Assembly (NCBI GenBank): GCA_965243025.1
Contig: CBDETY010000003.1
Location: forward strand, 6,176,001 to 6,240,000
Origin: Candidatus Latescibacterota bacterium
GTDB lineage: Bacteria; Latescibacterota; UBA2968; UBA8231
Length of the DNA stretch: 64,000 bases
Direction of reading: 5' to 3'
Shown: positions 44,709 to 55,158 of the stretch, in pieces
Numbering within the stretch: the stretch's first letter is position 1
Layout: each line of letters opens with the position of its first letter
Made by a program: the position numbers and the translations under genes
The notes under the pieces: generated by a model
The model's database searches: none
Told to the model about the DNA's origin: nothing
What the model saw: only the letters and a program-made list of their open reading frames with translations

Positions 44709-44969
44709 ATGAAAAGCGACATTCACCCCGACTACCGGTCAGTTGTCATTCAGGACGTAAGCAGCGACTTCAAGGTGCTTACAAGGTCGACGGCGGCTAC
44801 CGACCAGACGATCGAGTGGGAAGACGGCAAAACCTATCCACTGATCCGTGTCGAGATCAGCTCCGCATCCCACCCGTTCTATACCGGCAAGCGCCAGCAG
44901 ATCGCGGAACGGGGTGGCCGCATCGAACAGTTCAGGCGCCGCTACGGCGACAAGGGCGCGGGGAACTGA
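44709..44969 (+). CDS. rpmE2: 50S ribosomal protein L31, type B (Cys-free)
   Basis: MKSDIHPDY...RST...[24 protein letters not shown]; 86 aa, no Cys. Confidence 0.95.
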   Translation: MKSDIHPDYRSVVIQDVSSDFKVLTRSTAATDQTIEWEDGKTYPLIRVEISSASHPFYTGKRQQIAERGGRIEQFRRRYGDKGAGN

Positions 44970-44984
44970 TTTTCGTCCCATCTG

Positions 44985-45031
44985 AGGCGACAGGTTCGTC
45001 CCATGTAGAGGACGGCCCTGTCGCCTTTTTT
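44985..45031 (+). terminator. Intrinsic terminator after L31
   Basis: AGGCGACAGG...CCTGTCGCCT followed by TTTTT. Confidence 0.8.
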
Positions 45032-45060
45032 ATGTACTCCGGCGAACCTGGCCGAAACGA

Positions 45061-46125
45061 ATGAACAGGGATTTCTCAACCTCTCCAGGCCCCCGGGAAT
45101 CGGAAGACCTGCCGATAGGGGGGCAGGCCGTCATCGAAGGGGTGATGATCCGGGCGCAGGAGAGGATTGTCACCGCAGTGCGCACTCCAGACCGCGGGAT
45201 CCTGGTCCGGGAAGAGGAGCACATCCCCTGGTCCCGGCGTTTGCCGCTGTTTGGAGTACCGGTTGTTCGCGGCGCCGTGTCGTTTTTCGAGATGGCGATC
45301 ATCGGGGTGCGCACCCTCAATTTCTCTGCGGACATGGCCATGCAGGCCGAAGCGCGTCAGCAGGGCGAGCCGGAACAGGCAACCGGTTCGGGGCAAAACC
45401 GGCTGGCCCTTGCACTGACCGTAGCGATCAGCCTCGCGGCAGGGGTGGGGATCTTCTTTTTTCTGCCGCTGTTCGCAGCCGAGCTCAGCGGCGCGGCCCG
45501 GGATGCCTTTCGGTTCAACCTGCTGGCTGGTTCGGTGAGGCTGGCGCTTTTCATCCTTTACCTGTGGGGTTTGAGCCACTGGAGCGAGATACGCCGGGTT
45601 TTCGAGTATCACGGGGCCGAGCACAAGAGCATCTTCACGCAGGAGGCAGGCGACGATCTGACAGTCGCCCGTGCCCGGCAGTACGGGCGTCTGCACCCGA
45701 GGTGCGGTACCAGTTTCCTGCTGATCGTCGTCCTTGTATCGATACTTGCTTTCGCACTGGTCGATTCGGCCGTCGCCGAGGCCATCGGGCGCCGGCAATC
45801 CCTTATCGAGCGTTTCGCCACGCATCTTTGCGTGCTGCCGCTGATTTCCGGGGTGAGCTTCGAGCTGCTGAAACTGTCCGGCAGAAAACGCAATCATCCC
45901 CTGACCCGGCTGCTGATCGCCCCCGGCCTCTGGCTGCAGCGGATAACGACCCGGGAGCCGGACGACGCCCAGCTCGAGGTTGCCCTGGTAGCCCTGAGCC
46001 GCGCCCTCGGATTGCCTGCGGCCGCCGCGTACGGAATCTGTCCCCAGGACGGACCGACCCCTCCTGAAGAAGGCCGGGTGGAGGCGGCAGAACCTCCGCA
46101 ACTTTCCGACAGGGTCGGCGAATGA
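45061..46125 (+). CDS. DUF1385 family membrane protein
   Basis: IGGQAVIEGVM; YHGAEHK; HPRCGTSF; PGLWLQ.ITTREP; usual position between rpmE and prfA. Confidence 0.93.
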   Translation: MNRDFSTSPGPRESEDLPIGGQAVIEGVMIRAQERIVTAVRTPDRGILVREEEHIPWSRRLPLFGVPVVRGAVSFFEMAIIGVRTLNFSADMAMQAEARQQGEPEQATGSGQNRLALALTVAISLAAGVGIFFFLPLFAAELSGAARDAFRFNLLAGSVRLALFILYLWGLSHWSEIRRVFEYHGAEHKSIFTQEAGDDLTVARARQYGRLHPRCGTSFLLIVVLVSILAFALVDSAVAEAIGRRQSLIERFATHLCVLPLISGVSFELLKLSGRKRNHPLTRLLIAPGLWLQRITTREPDDAQLEVALVALSRALGLPAAAAYGICPQDGPTPPEEGRVEAAEPPQLSDRVGE

Positions 46126-47204
46126 GCGAAACCCCCTCTCCCCTGCTCGACAAGCTCGGCGAGAAAGAGCGGCGTTTCGACGAGATCAGCGAAGAGCTCG
46201 CCGATCCCGAGGCCGCACGGAATCCCTCGAGGTACCAGCGGCTGGCGCGTGAGCTGGGTGAGCTTCGCGAGACGGTCGACTCCGCCAGAAGGTATCGCCA
46301 GTGCCTGGGGCGCCGCGCAGATGCCGTGCAGATTATCGCAGAGGGGGGCGATGACGAGCTCGTGGAGCTGGCAAATGAAGACCTGCGGGAGCTCGAGGGA
46401 GAGATAGGCCGCCTGGAAGCGGCGATTCAGCTGCTGCTGGTTCCCAGGGATCCGAATGCCGGCCGCAACGCCATCGTCGAGATCCGGGCGGGTACCGGAG
46501 GTGACGAAGCCGGCCTGTTCGCCAGCGACCTGTTCCGGATGTACCACCGTTTCGCCGAACGGAATTCCTGGAAAACCGAGCCGCTTTCCTCGAGCACCAA
46601 TCCCTCGGGGGGATTCAAGGAAATCGTCTTCATGGTCTCGGGTGCTTCCGCGTACGGAAAGCTGAAATTCGAAAGCGGAGTTCACCGGGTTCAGCGCGTT
46701 CCCAAGACCGAAGCCAGCGGCCGTATTCACACCTCGGCAGCATCGGTGGCGGTGCTTCCCGAGGCCGACGACATCGACGTCGAGATCTCCCCCGAAGAGA
46801 TCGAGGTCGACGTGTTCCGCTCCAGCGGTCCGGGCGGACAGAGTGTGAACACGACCGACTCGGCAGTGCGGATCACGCACAAACCGACCGGAATGGTGGT
46901 CAGCTGCCAGGACGAAAAGTCGCAGCTGAAGAACAAGAACAAGGCGATGAAGGTCCTGCGCGCCCGTCTCCTGGATCAACGCCGGGAGGAACAGGAGGCC
47001 GAGCTTTCGCGGGAGCGGCGGCAGCAGATCGGGTCGGGCGACCGCAGCGCCAAGATCCGTACCTACAACTTTCCCCAGGGACGCGTTACCGACCACCGCA
47101 TCGGCCTGTCGGTTTACCGGCTGGATGGCGTTCTCGACGGCGAGCTCGACGAGTTCGTCGACAAGCTCGCCGAAGCGGAACAAGGGGAGGCGCTGGCCTC
47201 ATGA
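46122..47204 (+). CDS. prfA: Peptide chain release factor 1
   Basis: GTGGDEA; ESGVHRVQRVPKTE (PxT motif); GGQ; RTYNFPQ.RVTDHRI. Confidence 0.99.
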   Translation: MSETPSPLLDKLGEKERRFDEISEELADPEAARNPSRYQRLARELGELRETVDSARRYRQCLGRRADAVQIIAEGGDDELVELANEDLRELEGEIGRLEAAIQLLLVPRDPNAGRNAIVEIRAGTGGDEAGLFASDLFRMYHRFAERNSWKTEPLSSSTNPSGGFKEIVFMVSGASAYGKLKFESGVHRVQRVPKTEASGRIHTSAASVAVLPEADDIDVEISPEEIEVDVFRSSGPGGQSVNTTDSAVRITHKPTGMVVSCQDEKSQLKNKNKAMKVLRARLLDQRREEQEAELSRERRQQIGSGDRSAKIRTYNFPQGRVTDHRIGLSVYRLDGVLDGELDEFVDKLAEAEQGEALAS

Positions 47205-47320
47205 GCCCGGCGCCTTCAGGTGTCGTGTTTTCAGAAACGGACTGACGAAATCCGGCCAGCGAAGACAGGACGGACCTGTCGAAGAACGGCGAGGAAGTTG
47301 TGAGACGGGACGCCCATTAA

Positions 47321-48205
47321 ATGAACACCCCCTGGAAGCTGCTCGACCTTCTGAACGAAGCGAGCGGCTTTTTTGCGTCACGGGGGATCGAAAATCCCAG
47401 GCTGCAGGCCGAGCTGCTGCTCGCGGCGGCCGTGGGTATGAAGCGGCTCGACCTCTATCTCCAGTTCGAAAGGACCGTCGTCGAAGATGAGGTCGCCCGT
47501 TTCCGTGGCTACGTGCGCGAACGCCTGGCCGGGGTTCCCGTGCAGTACATCACCGGTACGGCGAGCTTTCGATTGCTCGAGCTGGAGGTGTCGGAGTCGG
47601 TCCTGATTCCCCGTCCGGAAACCGAAGTCCTGGTCGACTGCGCCCTGGAGTTCCTGGCAGCGAGGGAAAACCCGACTGTCCTTGATCTCGGGTGCGGCAG
47701 CGGCGCCATAGCGGTTTCCATCGCCCACGAGGAGCCTTCGGCGCGCGTGACCGCAATCGATATCGAACTCGATTCCCTGACGACGACGCGGCGCAACGCC
47801 ACGGCCTGCGGTGTCGGCGGGCGCCTCCGTATCGCCCGCAGCGACCTCCTGTCCGCATTCGCCCCCGGCGGCCACTTCCAGGCGGTCGTGTGCAACCCCC
47901 CTTACATACCCAGCGCCGAGATCGAGCAACTCGATGAGGAAGTGCGCGATTTCGAGCCGCGCCGGGCCTTGGACGGCGGCCCCGACGGGCTCGACTTCTA
48001 CCGGCGGCTCGCGGTTTCTGCAGGGTCGGTTCTGGCTCCGGACGGGGCGCTCCTGCTCGAGGTCGGGGACGGCCAGGCATCCGAGGTGTCGGGGATCCTG
48101 GAGGAGAGCGGAGATTTCACCACTGTCGGTATTCGTCCCGACCTCGCCGGCACCCCGCGCGTCGTGCTCGCCCGCCACAGCGCCGCTGTCGCCCGCTCGG
48201 CCTGA
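47321..48205 (+). CDS. prmC: Release factor glutamine methyltransferase
   Basis: VLIPRPETE; DLGCGSGAI; NPPY; EP..ALDGG.DGL. Confidence 0.98.
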   Translation: MNTPWKLLDLLNEASGFFASRGIENPRLQAELLLAAAVGMKRLDLYLQFERTVVEDEVARFRGYVRERLAGVPVQYITGTASFRLLELEVSESVLIPRPETEVLVDCALEFLAARENPTVLDLGCGSGAIAVSIAHEEPSARVTAIDIELDSLTTTRRNATACGVGGRLRIARSDLLSAFAPGGHFQAVVCNPPYIPSAEIEQLDEEVRDFEPRRALDGGPDGLDFYRRLAVSAGSVLAPDGALLLEVGDGQASEVSGILEESGDFTTVGIRPDLAGTPRVVLARHSAAVARSA

Positions 48206-48438
48206 CACCTTTCGGAAACACCTCCGTATCCGACGATACCCGGCGTCCGGGCCGCCCACCCTGTCCCGGAATCACCTGATCTATTCTGCAAGTTCCGTTG
48301 AAACAAGTGGTTATGGCCTGATTGACCAGCGGCGTGCCGTCCGGGCACGGCAGTTGAAGGACATCGACCGTCACGGACACCAGGAGGCGAGCGGGGGGCT
48401 CGTCAAACTCCCTTTCGGGGGGAAGTGAATGTCCCGGC

Positions 48439-48477
48439 TTGACAACTGAACAAATATTCAGTATTCTTATGTTCAGT
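48439..48477 (+). promoter_or_regulatory. recA promoter TTGACA-N17-TATTCT with overlapping palindromic operator (candidate LexA box)
   Basis: ACTGAA-CAAATA-TTCAGT fills the spacer; additional half-site TGTTCAGT at 48470-48477. Confidence 0.75.
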
Positions 48478-48564
48478 CAGAGACAAGGGCACGTCGAGAG
48501 GCAGCCCCCATCGTCGCCGCTGGATTTCCCTTCAGCGAGACAGCCGAGAGGCGGGAGGACGGAG

Positions 48565-49809
48565 ATGGTATCGGCCAAGTTCAGCACGCAGAGAGTTTTG
48601 GACGCCAGGAAGGACGGCAAGGGACAGGACCGGCAAAAAGCGATGCAGCAGGCCCTGACCCAGGTGCAAAAGCAATTCGGGAAGGGGGCCATCATGCGCC
48701 TGGGTGAATCCCAGGTCGTCGACATCGACATCGTCCCGACGGGCTGCCTCTCGCTCGACGCCGCTCTCGGGATCGGGGGCGTCCCCCGGGGGCGCGTTAT
48801 CGAGATGTACGGTCCCGAGTCGGCCGGCAAGACGATGTGCGCTCTCAACATGATAGCCCAGGCTCAGAAGCAGGGTGGCATCGCCGCATTCATCGACGCC
48901 GAGCACGCCCTCGACGTCACCTTTGCGCGCAAGCTGGGGGTCGACGTGGAGAACCTGCTGGTCGCGCAGCCGGACTGCGGCGAAGAAGCCCTCGAGATCA
49001 CCGACACACTGGTCCGCAGCGGCGCCCTCGACGTCATCGTCGTCGATTCCGTGGCGGCGCTGGTTCCGCGGGCCGAGCTCGAAGGGGAGATGGGGGACGC
49101 CCAGATGGGGCTGCAGGCGCGGCTGATGTCGCAGGCGTTGAGAAAGCTGACCGGATCGATCCAGAAGTCGCGAACGACGGTGATCTTCATCAACCAGCTG
49201 CGCATGAAGATCGGCGTGATGTTCGGCAATCCGGAAACCACGACCGGGGGCCGCGCCCTCTGCTTCTACGCCTCGGTGCGCATGGATATCCGCAGCATCG
49301 GCAACATAAAGGACGGCGACGAGGTAATCGGGCGGCGAACCCGGGTGAAAGTGGTCAAGAACAAGGTCGCTCCTCCTTTCAGAGAGGCCGAGTTCGACAT
49401 CCTCTTCCGTGGGGATGACGTCGGTATCTCCAAAGAGGGGGACCTGCTCGATCTGGGAGTTCAGCACCGGGTCGTCGAGAAGAGCGGAACCTGGTTTTCG
49501 TACGGTGGACTGCGCCTGGGGCAGGGCAGGGAGAATGCGCGCATTTACCTGAAAGAGAACGAGCAGGTCTCCGGCCGCATCGAAGAAGAGATCCGCGCGG
49601 CGATGAATATTCCCCTGTCGCGAGCAGCCGCCGGCGAGGATGCCGATGCCGCTGCCGGCAAGACTTCCGCCTCCACGGACGGAACCGGCAGCGGCCCGGA
49701 TCCGGCGGGCCGTACTCCGGCGGTCAACGCCGGAAACGGCAAGGCGGCAGTCCAGAAGGCCGCACCGGCCAGTCAGTCAGGGGCGAAACAGAAACCGATG
49801 GCGGCGTAA
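48565..49809 (+). CDS. recA: Recombinase RecA
   Basis: ATG after GGAGG; FGKGAIM.LG; GPESAGKT; FIDAEHALD; DSVAALVP; [12 protein letters not shown]; KNKVAPPF. Confidence 0.99.
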   Translation: MVSAKFSTQRVLDARKDGKGQDRQKAMQQALTQVQKQFGKGAIMRLGESQVVDIDIVPTGCLSLDAALGIGGVPRGRVIEMYGPESAGKTMCALNMIAQAQKQGGIAAFIDAEHALDVTFARKLGVDVENLLVAQPDCGEEALEITDTLVRSGALDVIVVDSVAALVPRAELEGEMGDAQMGLQARLMSQALRKLTGSIQKSRTTVIFINQLRMKIGVMFGNPETTTGGRALCFYASVRMDIRSIGNIKDGDEVIGRRTRVKVVKNKVAPPFREAEFDILFRGDDVGISKEGDLLDLGVQHRVVEKSGTWFSYGGLRLGQGRENARIYLKENEQVSGRIEEEIRAAMNIPLSRAAAGEDADAAAGKTSASTDGTGSGPDPAGRTPAVNAGNGKAAVQKAAPASQSGAKQKPMAA

Positions 49810-49947
49810 CAGGAAACCGGCCGCTCAGGCGGCCGGCTACTCAGGCGATACCGCGGCAGCAAACCAGGGCCGCCAGCCCTGCCGCGGTTTTCGCCTCCCC
49901 GTTCCCCGAGTCGAAGGGCTGCTTGCAAGGAGAGCAGCCCTTCGCTT

Positions 49948-50346
49948 TTGTACGGCCAGATCCCGCTCCACCCGTACGCAGCGCCTTACCTGGAGTTGGG
50001 CATGGACCCGCGCTGGCTTGTAAAGAAAGACGAGTGGTCAGAGGAGGCCGCGAACGCTCTCCATTTCTTCGAGGAACTTCGCGTTCTTTTCGCGTCGGAA
50101 GAACTGATTCAACATTTCCCGGTCGTCCTGGAGTATTACCAGCGCAGCGATATCCGCCGGCGGACCGGCGAGTCCGGGCTGAGAACGACGCGCGCCGACT
50201 TCCACATTCGTACCATCATCTCCTATCTCGAGGAATCCGTGGAGGGAATCTTCGTCATCGAACGCCACCTGCCGCCGGACATGGTCGAGGATCGCGCCAT
50301 TCTTCTCAAGGCCCTGGAAAACGCGGCCCGCGGCCCTGGACGGTGA
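49948..50346 (+). CDS. Hypothetical helical protein (start may be ATG 50002)
   Basis: Protein-like composition; stop overlaps the hpt GTG (GTGA). Confidence 0.55.
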   Translation: MYGQIPLHPYAAPYLELGMDPRWLVKKDEWSEEAANALHFFEELRVLFASEELIQHFPVVLEYYQRSDIRRRTGESGLRTTRADFHIRTIISYLEESVEGIFVIERHLPPDMVEDRAILLKALENAARGPGR

Positions 50347-50906
50347 GTATTTCAGGCAGGCGGGAGACAGCCATCGGCGCGGACGGCATCCGCATCCTGT
50401 TCGACGCCGGCGAGGTTGAGGGTCGCGTCGGAGAGCTGGCGCGCCGGATCAGCGGCGATTTCGGGGGGGGACCGACGGTCCTGATCGGCATCCTGACCGG
50501 GGCGGCACAGTTTGTCATCGACCTGCTGAGGGCAATGCCGGCGGAGTTCGCCAGGGAGGTCGAGTACGACTTCATCAAGATCAGCAGCTACCATGGCAGG
50601 GAGTCGACGGGGTCGCCGCGGGTGGCCGCGTCGACAGCAGTGGAGTTGGAAGGAAGGCAGGTGCTGTTGGTCGACGGCATCGTCGACACCGGGGGCACCA
50701 TGCAGGCGGCAATCGCCGCGGTTCAGGCGCATTCGCCCTCCTCGATCCACACCTGCGCCCTGATCGACAAACCGGAGAGACGCCGGGTGCCGGTACGTCT
50801 CGACTACGTCGGGTACACGATCGGCGACCTGTTCGTCGTCGGCTACGGCATGGATTACTGCCAGCGCTACCGGGCTCTTCCATGCATCGGCGTGCTCGAC
50901 CCCTAG
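50343..50906 (+). CDS. hpt: Hypoxanthine phosphoribosyltransferase
   Basis: IGILTGA..F..DL; ISSY; VLLVDGIVDTGGT; LIDK; FVVGYGMDY...YR.LP. Confidence 0.92.
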   Translation: MSISGRRETAIGADGIRILFDAGEVEGRVGELARRISGDFGGGPTVLIGILTGAAQFVIDLLRAMPAEFAREVEYDFIKISSYHGRESTGSPRVAASTAVELEGRQVLLVDGIVDTGGTMQAAIAAVQAHSPSSIHTCALIDKPERRRVPVRLDYVGYTIGDLFVVGYGMDYCQRYRALPCIGVLDP

Positions 50907-50955
50907 AACCCACCTCCCGCGTATATTCAAAGCAGAAAGAGAAAGGGGGCCCCAG

Positions 50956-51768
50956 GTGGCGAAAAAAGTTCTCATCACCGGAGTCTACGGCCTGATACCG
51001 GGGGTGGTCTACCGCCACCTGGAGCAGGTGGGCGGCTACGACCTGTATGCACTGGCGCGACGCAGGCAGCCATCGGAACGGGCGCCGAAAGAAACCGCCC
51101 CGTCGATTCCGGATGACCGTTTCTTCCTGGCCGATCTCGCAAATCTGGAAGCGGTCGAGCGGGCGGTTCAGGGAATGGACGTCGTCGTCCAGATGGCCGC
51201 GGACCCGCGGCCGGACGCCAACTGGGACAGCCTCCTGGCCAGCAACATCATCGGTGTGCGCAACGTGTTCGAGGCCGCGGTGCGGGGGGGCGTGAAAAGG
51301 GTGGTTTACGCCTCGTCGATCATGGTATCCTGGGGATACCACCTCGACCATCCCTACAAGGCCCTGTCCGAGGGGCGGTTCGACGACTTCGCCGGGACTC
51401 AGATCCATCCCGTGACCCACGAATGGCCGCACCGTCCCACGGGATTGTATCCGGCCACCAAGATCTGGGGAGAAGCACTGGCTCGATATACGGCCGACGT
51501 CCACGGCATCTCCTCCCTTTGTCTCCGCATCGGCTGGGTCAACGCCGAGGACCACCCCCAGAAGCCGGAATCGGGTGCCGTCTGGTGCAGCCAGCGGGAC
51601 GTCGCCCGGCTTACGCAGCGGGCGGTCGACGCGCCGGACGATCTCAAGTTCGACATCTTCTACGGGGTCTCCAACAACCGTTACCGCTGGGTCGACTTGG
51701 ATCACGCCAGGCAGGTCCTGGGATTCATACCCGAGGACAGCGCCGAAGAAGTGCTGACCGGCTCCTGA
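50956..51768 (+). CDS. NAD-dependent epimerase/dehydrogenase (uronate dehydrogenase-like extended SDR)
   Basis: VLITG..G; NI.G..NVFEAA; YASS; YPATK; LRIG; FYGVSNN. Confidence 0.85.
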   Translation: MAKKVLITGVYGLIPGVVYRHLEQVGGYDLYALARRRQPSERAPKETAPSIPDDRFFLADLANLEAVERAVQGMDVVVQMAADPRPDANWDSLLASNIIGVRNVFEAAVRGGVKRVVYASSIMVSWGYHLDHPYKALSEGRFDDFAGTQIHPVTHEWPHRPTGLYPATKIWGEALARYTADVHGISSLCLRIGWVNAEDHPQKPESGAVWCSQRDVARLTQRAVDAPDDLKFDIFYGVSNNRYRWVDLDHARQVLGFIPEDSAEEVLTGS

Positions 51769-51947
51769 ACCGATTGGGTCCGCGCAAGGGGAGCTGGGAT
51801 GCGGTCGCTGAAATCCTCGCTTGCATGGGAAACCCTGCTCCGTGAGGGGAATTTGCGGTCGAACGATTCCCACCGGGTCAACACTGACGGAATGGTTCAC
51901 AGCGACCGCTTCCACGGCACTCTTCCCGCGCTGATCCTGCAGCCCTG

Positions 51948-53861
51948 ATGTTCAGCTCCAGCAGGTGGCCTGCGGCGGTGCTCGCCTTCGCGGGCTCCTT
52001 TGGCGTCTACCTCGCGACCCTGTGCCCGACCGTCTACGTCGAGGGCTCGGGAGAGCTGATCGGCGCCGTGCACGCCCTGGGCACACCTCACCCGACTGGA
52101 TATCCCCTGTTCGTCCTCGCGGGGCGCCTGTTTTCGGCGCTGCTGCCGTTCTTCGACAGCGTCGCCTACCGGATCAACGTCGCCACCGCGTTCACTGCCG
52201 CCCTGGCGGTCGCGGCGCTGTCCGCTTTCCTGAGAGACCGTGGCTGTCGTCCCTGGATCAGCCTGGCAGGGGGGCTCCTTTTCGCCTTCTCCGGGACCTT
52301 CTGGAGCAACGCCGTCGTCGCCGAGGTGTACGGCGCGAGCTTGCTCGGGGCAGTGGCGATGATCTGGCTCGGGTTGCGGGCTGCCGAGGTACCGGACCCG
52401 CGAAACCTCATGCTGGCGGGCTACGCTGCCGGAATGGCACTGACGACCCATCTCAGCCAGTCCCTGATTCTGCCCGGCCTGCTGTCGGCGTGGGCGTGGC
52501 ACTGGTACCGAGGACGGCCGAACCGGCCTCCTGCGGCGAAAGCCGCAGAGCTGACGGGGAGGGCCGCAAAGGTTGCCGCAGCTGCCATCCTCGGATACAG
52601 CCTGGTTCTGTACCTGCCGCTCCGCTCCTCACTGGGCCCGGGATTTCACTGGGGCCCCCTGGATACCCCCACCCTGTTCTGGGACCACATCACCGGCGCG
52701 GAGTACCGCTTCGCCTTCTTCTCCATGCCGGCAACCGGAATCCTGCTGAACGCGGGCCGCTGGCTGGAGCATCTGTTTTCCGCCTACACCCCGGCCCTCT
52801 GCCTCGTCGCGGTCTGGGGCCTGTGGGTGAGCGCCCGCCGCGACGGAACGACCGCATGGGTTGTCGGCACCACGGTCCTGATCAACCTCGCAGTGGCTCT
52901 GAACTACCACCGCGACCCGAACGGAATCGGTGTCTTCTTCCTGCTCAGCTTTCTCGGCGCCGCGGTTTTCATCGCATATGGGCTGGAAGACCTCTGCCTT
53001 CGCCTCGGACGTGTCTTCGGCCGCGGTGGAATTCCCGCGGCCGCGGCGGTTGCGGCTGTGGCGGTCGTTATGGCGATGAATTATCGCGAGGCGGACCGAA
53101 AGGGAATTGACATCGCCCACAGGTACGGCATGGACATCCTCGCCGGGCTGCCGCAGAACGCCATCCTCATAACCGAGGGTGACGATGCAAGCTTCATCGT
53201 CGACTACCTGAGCAGGGTCGAAGGAGCCAGGCCGGACGTGACCCTGTACATGCGGGCGGGAAGGGGAACCGACATCCTTCCCGCAAGTGCGCGCAACTTG
53301 AAACCGCGTGAGAAAGCGCGGGTGCGGCGAAGGATGATCAAACGCCTGGTGGAGGAGTCTGTCGCCGGCAGACCGGTGCATTTCCTCGCGCCTCGCGATC
53401 TTCCCGCCAAAGGGTTCGATTTCGTACCGGCGGGATTGTCGTACCGGGTTCTGAAGACGGGAACGAAGCTCGCTGCGGAAATGGCATCCCCGGATACCGC
53501 TGGCGCCGCCGCGGCGGGGGACCTGGCCGATCCCTGGGCGCGTATCATTCAGGCGAACTACTGGTTCAAGAGAGGGGAAAACCTGCTGTTCCGGGAGGAA
53601 AGGGAAGAGGCGCTGGTCGCTTTCGAGCGCGCCGCCGAGATTGCCCACGACTCGCGCACGATTCGCTACAACGTCGCCCTCAGGCTGGACGACCTCGGAA
53701 AGCACGACCGCGCCTGGGTGCACATCAAGGCGGCGATTGCCATCGATCCGATGATGCCGCAGGTGTACAAGCTCGCCGACCGGATCCTGCGCCGTGCGGG
53801 GAGGCGGCAGGAGCTGCCGGCGTTGCGCCGCGAGGCGGCGCGCTGGGGCCAGCCCACATGA
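51948..53861 (+). CDS. DUF2723 / TMEM260-like GT-C membrane protein with C-terminal TPR
   Basis: YL.TL.PTV...SGEL......LG.PHPTGYPLF; FWS.AV.AEVY; YLPLRS; EGDD..F. Confidence 0.88.
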   Translation: MFSSSRWPAAVLAFAGSFGVYLATLCPTVYVEGSGELIGAVHALGTPHPTGYPLFVLAGRLFSALLPFFDSVAYRINVATAFTAALAVAALSAFLRDRGCRPWISLAGGLLFAFSGTFWSNAVVAEVYGASLLGAVAMIWLGLRAAEVPDPRNLMLAGYAAGMALTTHLSQSLILPGLLSAWAWHWYRGRPNRPPAAKAAELTGRAAKVAAAAILGYSLVLYLPLRSSLGPGFHWGPLDTPTLFWDHITGAEYRFAFFSMPATGILLNAGRWLEHLFSAYTPALCLVAVWGLWVSARRDGTTAWVVGTTVLINLAVALNYHRDPNGIGVFFLLSFLGAAVFIAYGLEDLCLRLGRVFGRGGIPAAAAVAAVAVVMAMNYREADRKGIDIAHRYGMDILAGLPQNAILITEGDDASFIVDYLSRVEGARPDVTLYMRAGRGTDILPASARNLKPREKARVRRRMIKRLVEESVAGRPVHFLAPRDLPAKGFDFVPAGLSYRVLKTGTKLAAEMASPDTAGAAAAGDLADPWARIIQANYWFKRGENLLFREEREEALVAFERAAEIAHDSRTIRYNVALRLDDLGKHDRAWVHIKAAIAIDPMMPQVYKLADRILRRAGRRQELPALRREAARWGQPT

Positions 53862-53950
53862 CTTTTCTCCCTCCGAGAACCCCACCTCCCTTGGATCTAC
53901 ATCGTTGAGGAGTTCGATAACCTTCCCGAAGCGAAGTCAGGTGTACGGCG

Positions 53951-55147
53951 ATGGTAATTTCAGGTTTCCTTTGCTGTACATTGGCTTTCCTTTTTTCGCA
54001 AATTGCCCTCGTCGGAACGGGCAATGCAGTAGACGACGATGACCTCGGCGGCCCGGGAATTTCAGGTCGAGGATGCAGTCCGCTACTGTCAATGGTCGGG
54101 ATTGCGCTTGCCCACCAGCCGAATGGGAGAAAGCCGCCCGCGGCGTGGCCGGTCACCGATACCCTTGGGGAGATCGGCCGCCGGGTGCGGCGGGTGACTG
54201 CGACCGCGCCATAATGATGCGGATCGGCCTGGGTCTGGGTTGCGAATACGACTGCACCGGGCCGGTGGGCACGCGCCGAAACGGGGCGAGTGTCCACGGG
54301 GGCGACGACATGGCGGGCAACGTCTGGGAATGGGTTGCCGATTCGTACGACCGCGACTACTATGAACGCAGCCCCGAAGCCAACCCCGTCAACCTTTCGG
54401 AAACCGGCTTCAAAGTGGTGCGCGGGAATTCCTGGTATTACGTGGAAGCCGACCCCGATATGCGTTCGGCCAATCCCTACCGGTTCAGACCCCACCGCTG
54501 GCACCCGCTGGTTGGCGTGCGCTGCGCACGCTCGACTCAGGGGAGCCCGTTCGATCTCGCCTTCGAACTCGAGGCTGTGTCGCCGGCCGAGTACTCCCAC
54601 TGGATGCGGCGCAACCGGGCGGCCATGGCTGCCGAGGGGGACACCATCCCCGGCGCAGGAGATATGGAGCATCCCGTCGGAGAGATGGTATTCATCGCAG
54701 CCGGGGAGTTCATCCGGGGCAGGGAAAACGGCGAAAGCGACGAGAGGCCGCAACGCACGGTCTGGGTCGATGCCTGTTTCATCGACCGTTTCGAGGTGAC
54801 CGCCGGCGAGTACCGGAAATGCGTGGAGGAGGATCGGTGCACCCCCGCACATAGCGGTCCCCGTCTGTACCGGCTCGCTTTTGAAGACCACTACACGAAC
54901 TGGAACAGGGGCCAGCCCGTACGGCGTTATGGATATGTCGGGAAACGTCTGGGAATGGGTTCAGGACTGGTGGGACGGCGGTTACTATGGTAGGGGTCCA
55001 GCGGAAAACCCCCAACACCGAAGAGGGGGATGGCTGCAAGATCCTGCGCGGCGGTTCGTTCGCCGGTCAGTACGGCCGAATTCACTCGGCGACCAACCGC
55101 CCGGGATGCGATCCGAACCAAGCACTATGACTGCACCATTGGATTAA
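53951..55147 (+). pseudogene. Decayed tandem FGE-sulfatase domain gene
   Basis: Frameshift inside RLPT/EAEWEKAARG at ~54117; second domain jumps frame and loses its core near 54910; KILRGGSF lies in another frame near 55040. Confidence 0.75.
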
Positions 55148-55158
55148 CTGTGCCCGGG

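Noticed and set aside
48439-48564. N-terminal extension of RecA from TTG 48439
   Set aside because: That TTG is the -35 box; ATG 48565 has a good RBS.
17176-55147. FGE/CLec genes as diversity-generating retroelement target and template
   Set aside because: No reverse transcriptase and no near-identical repeat differing only at adenines was seen.
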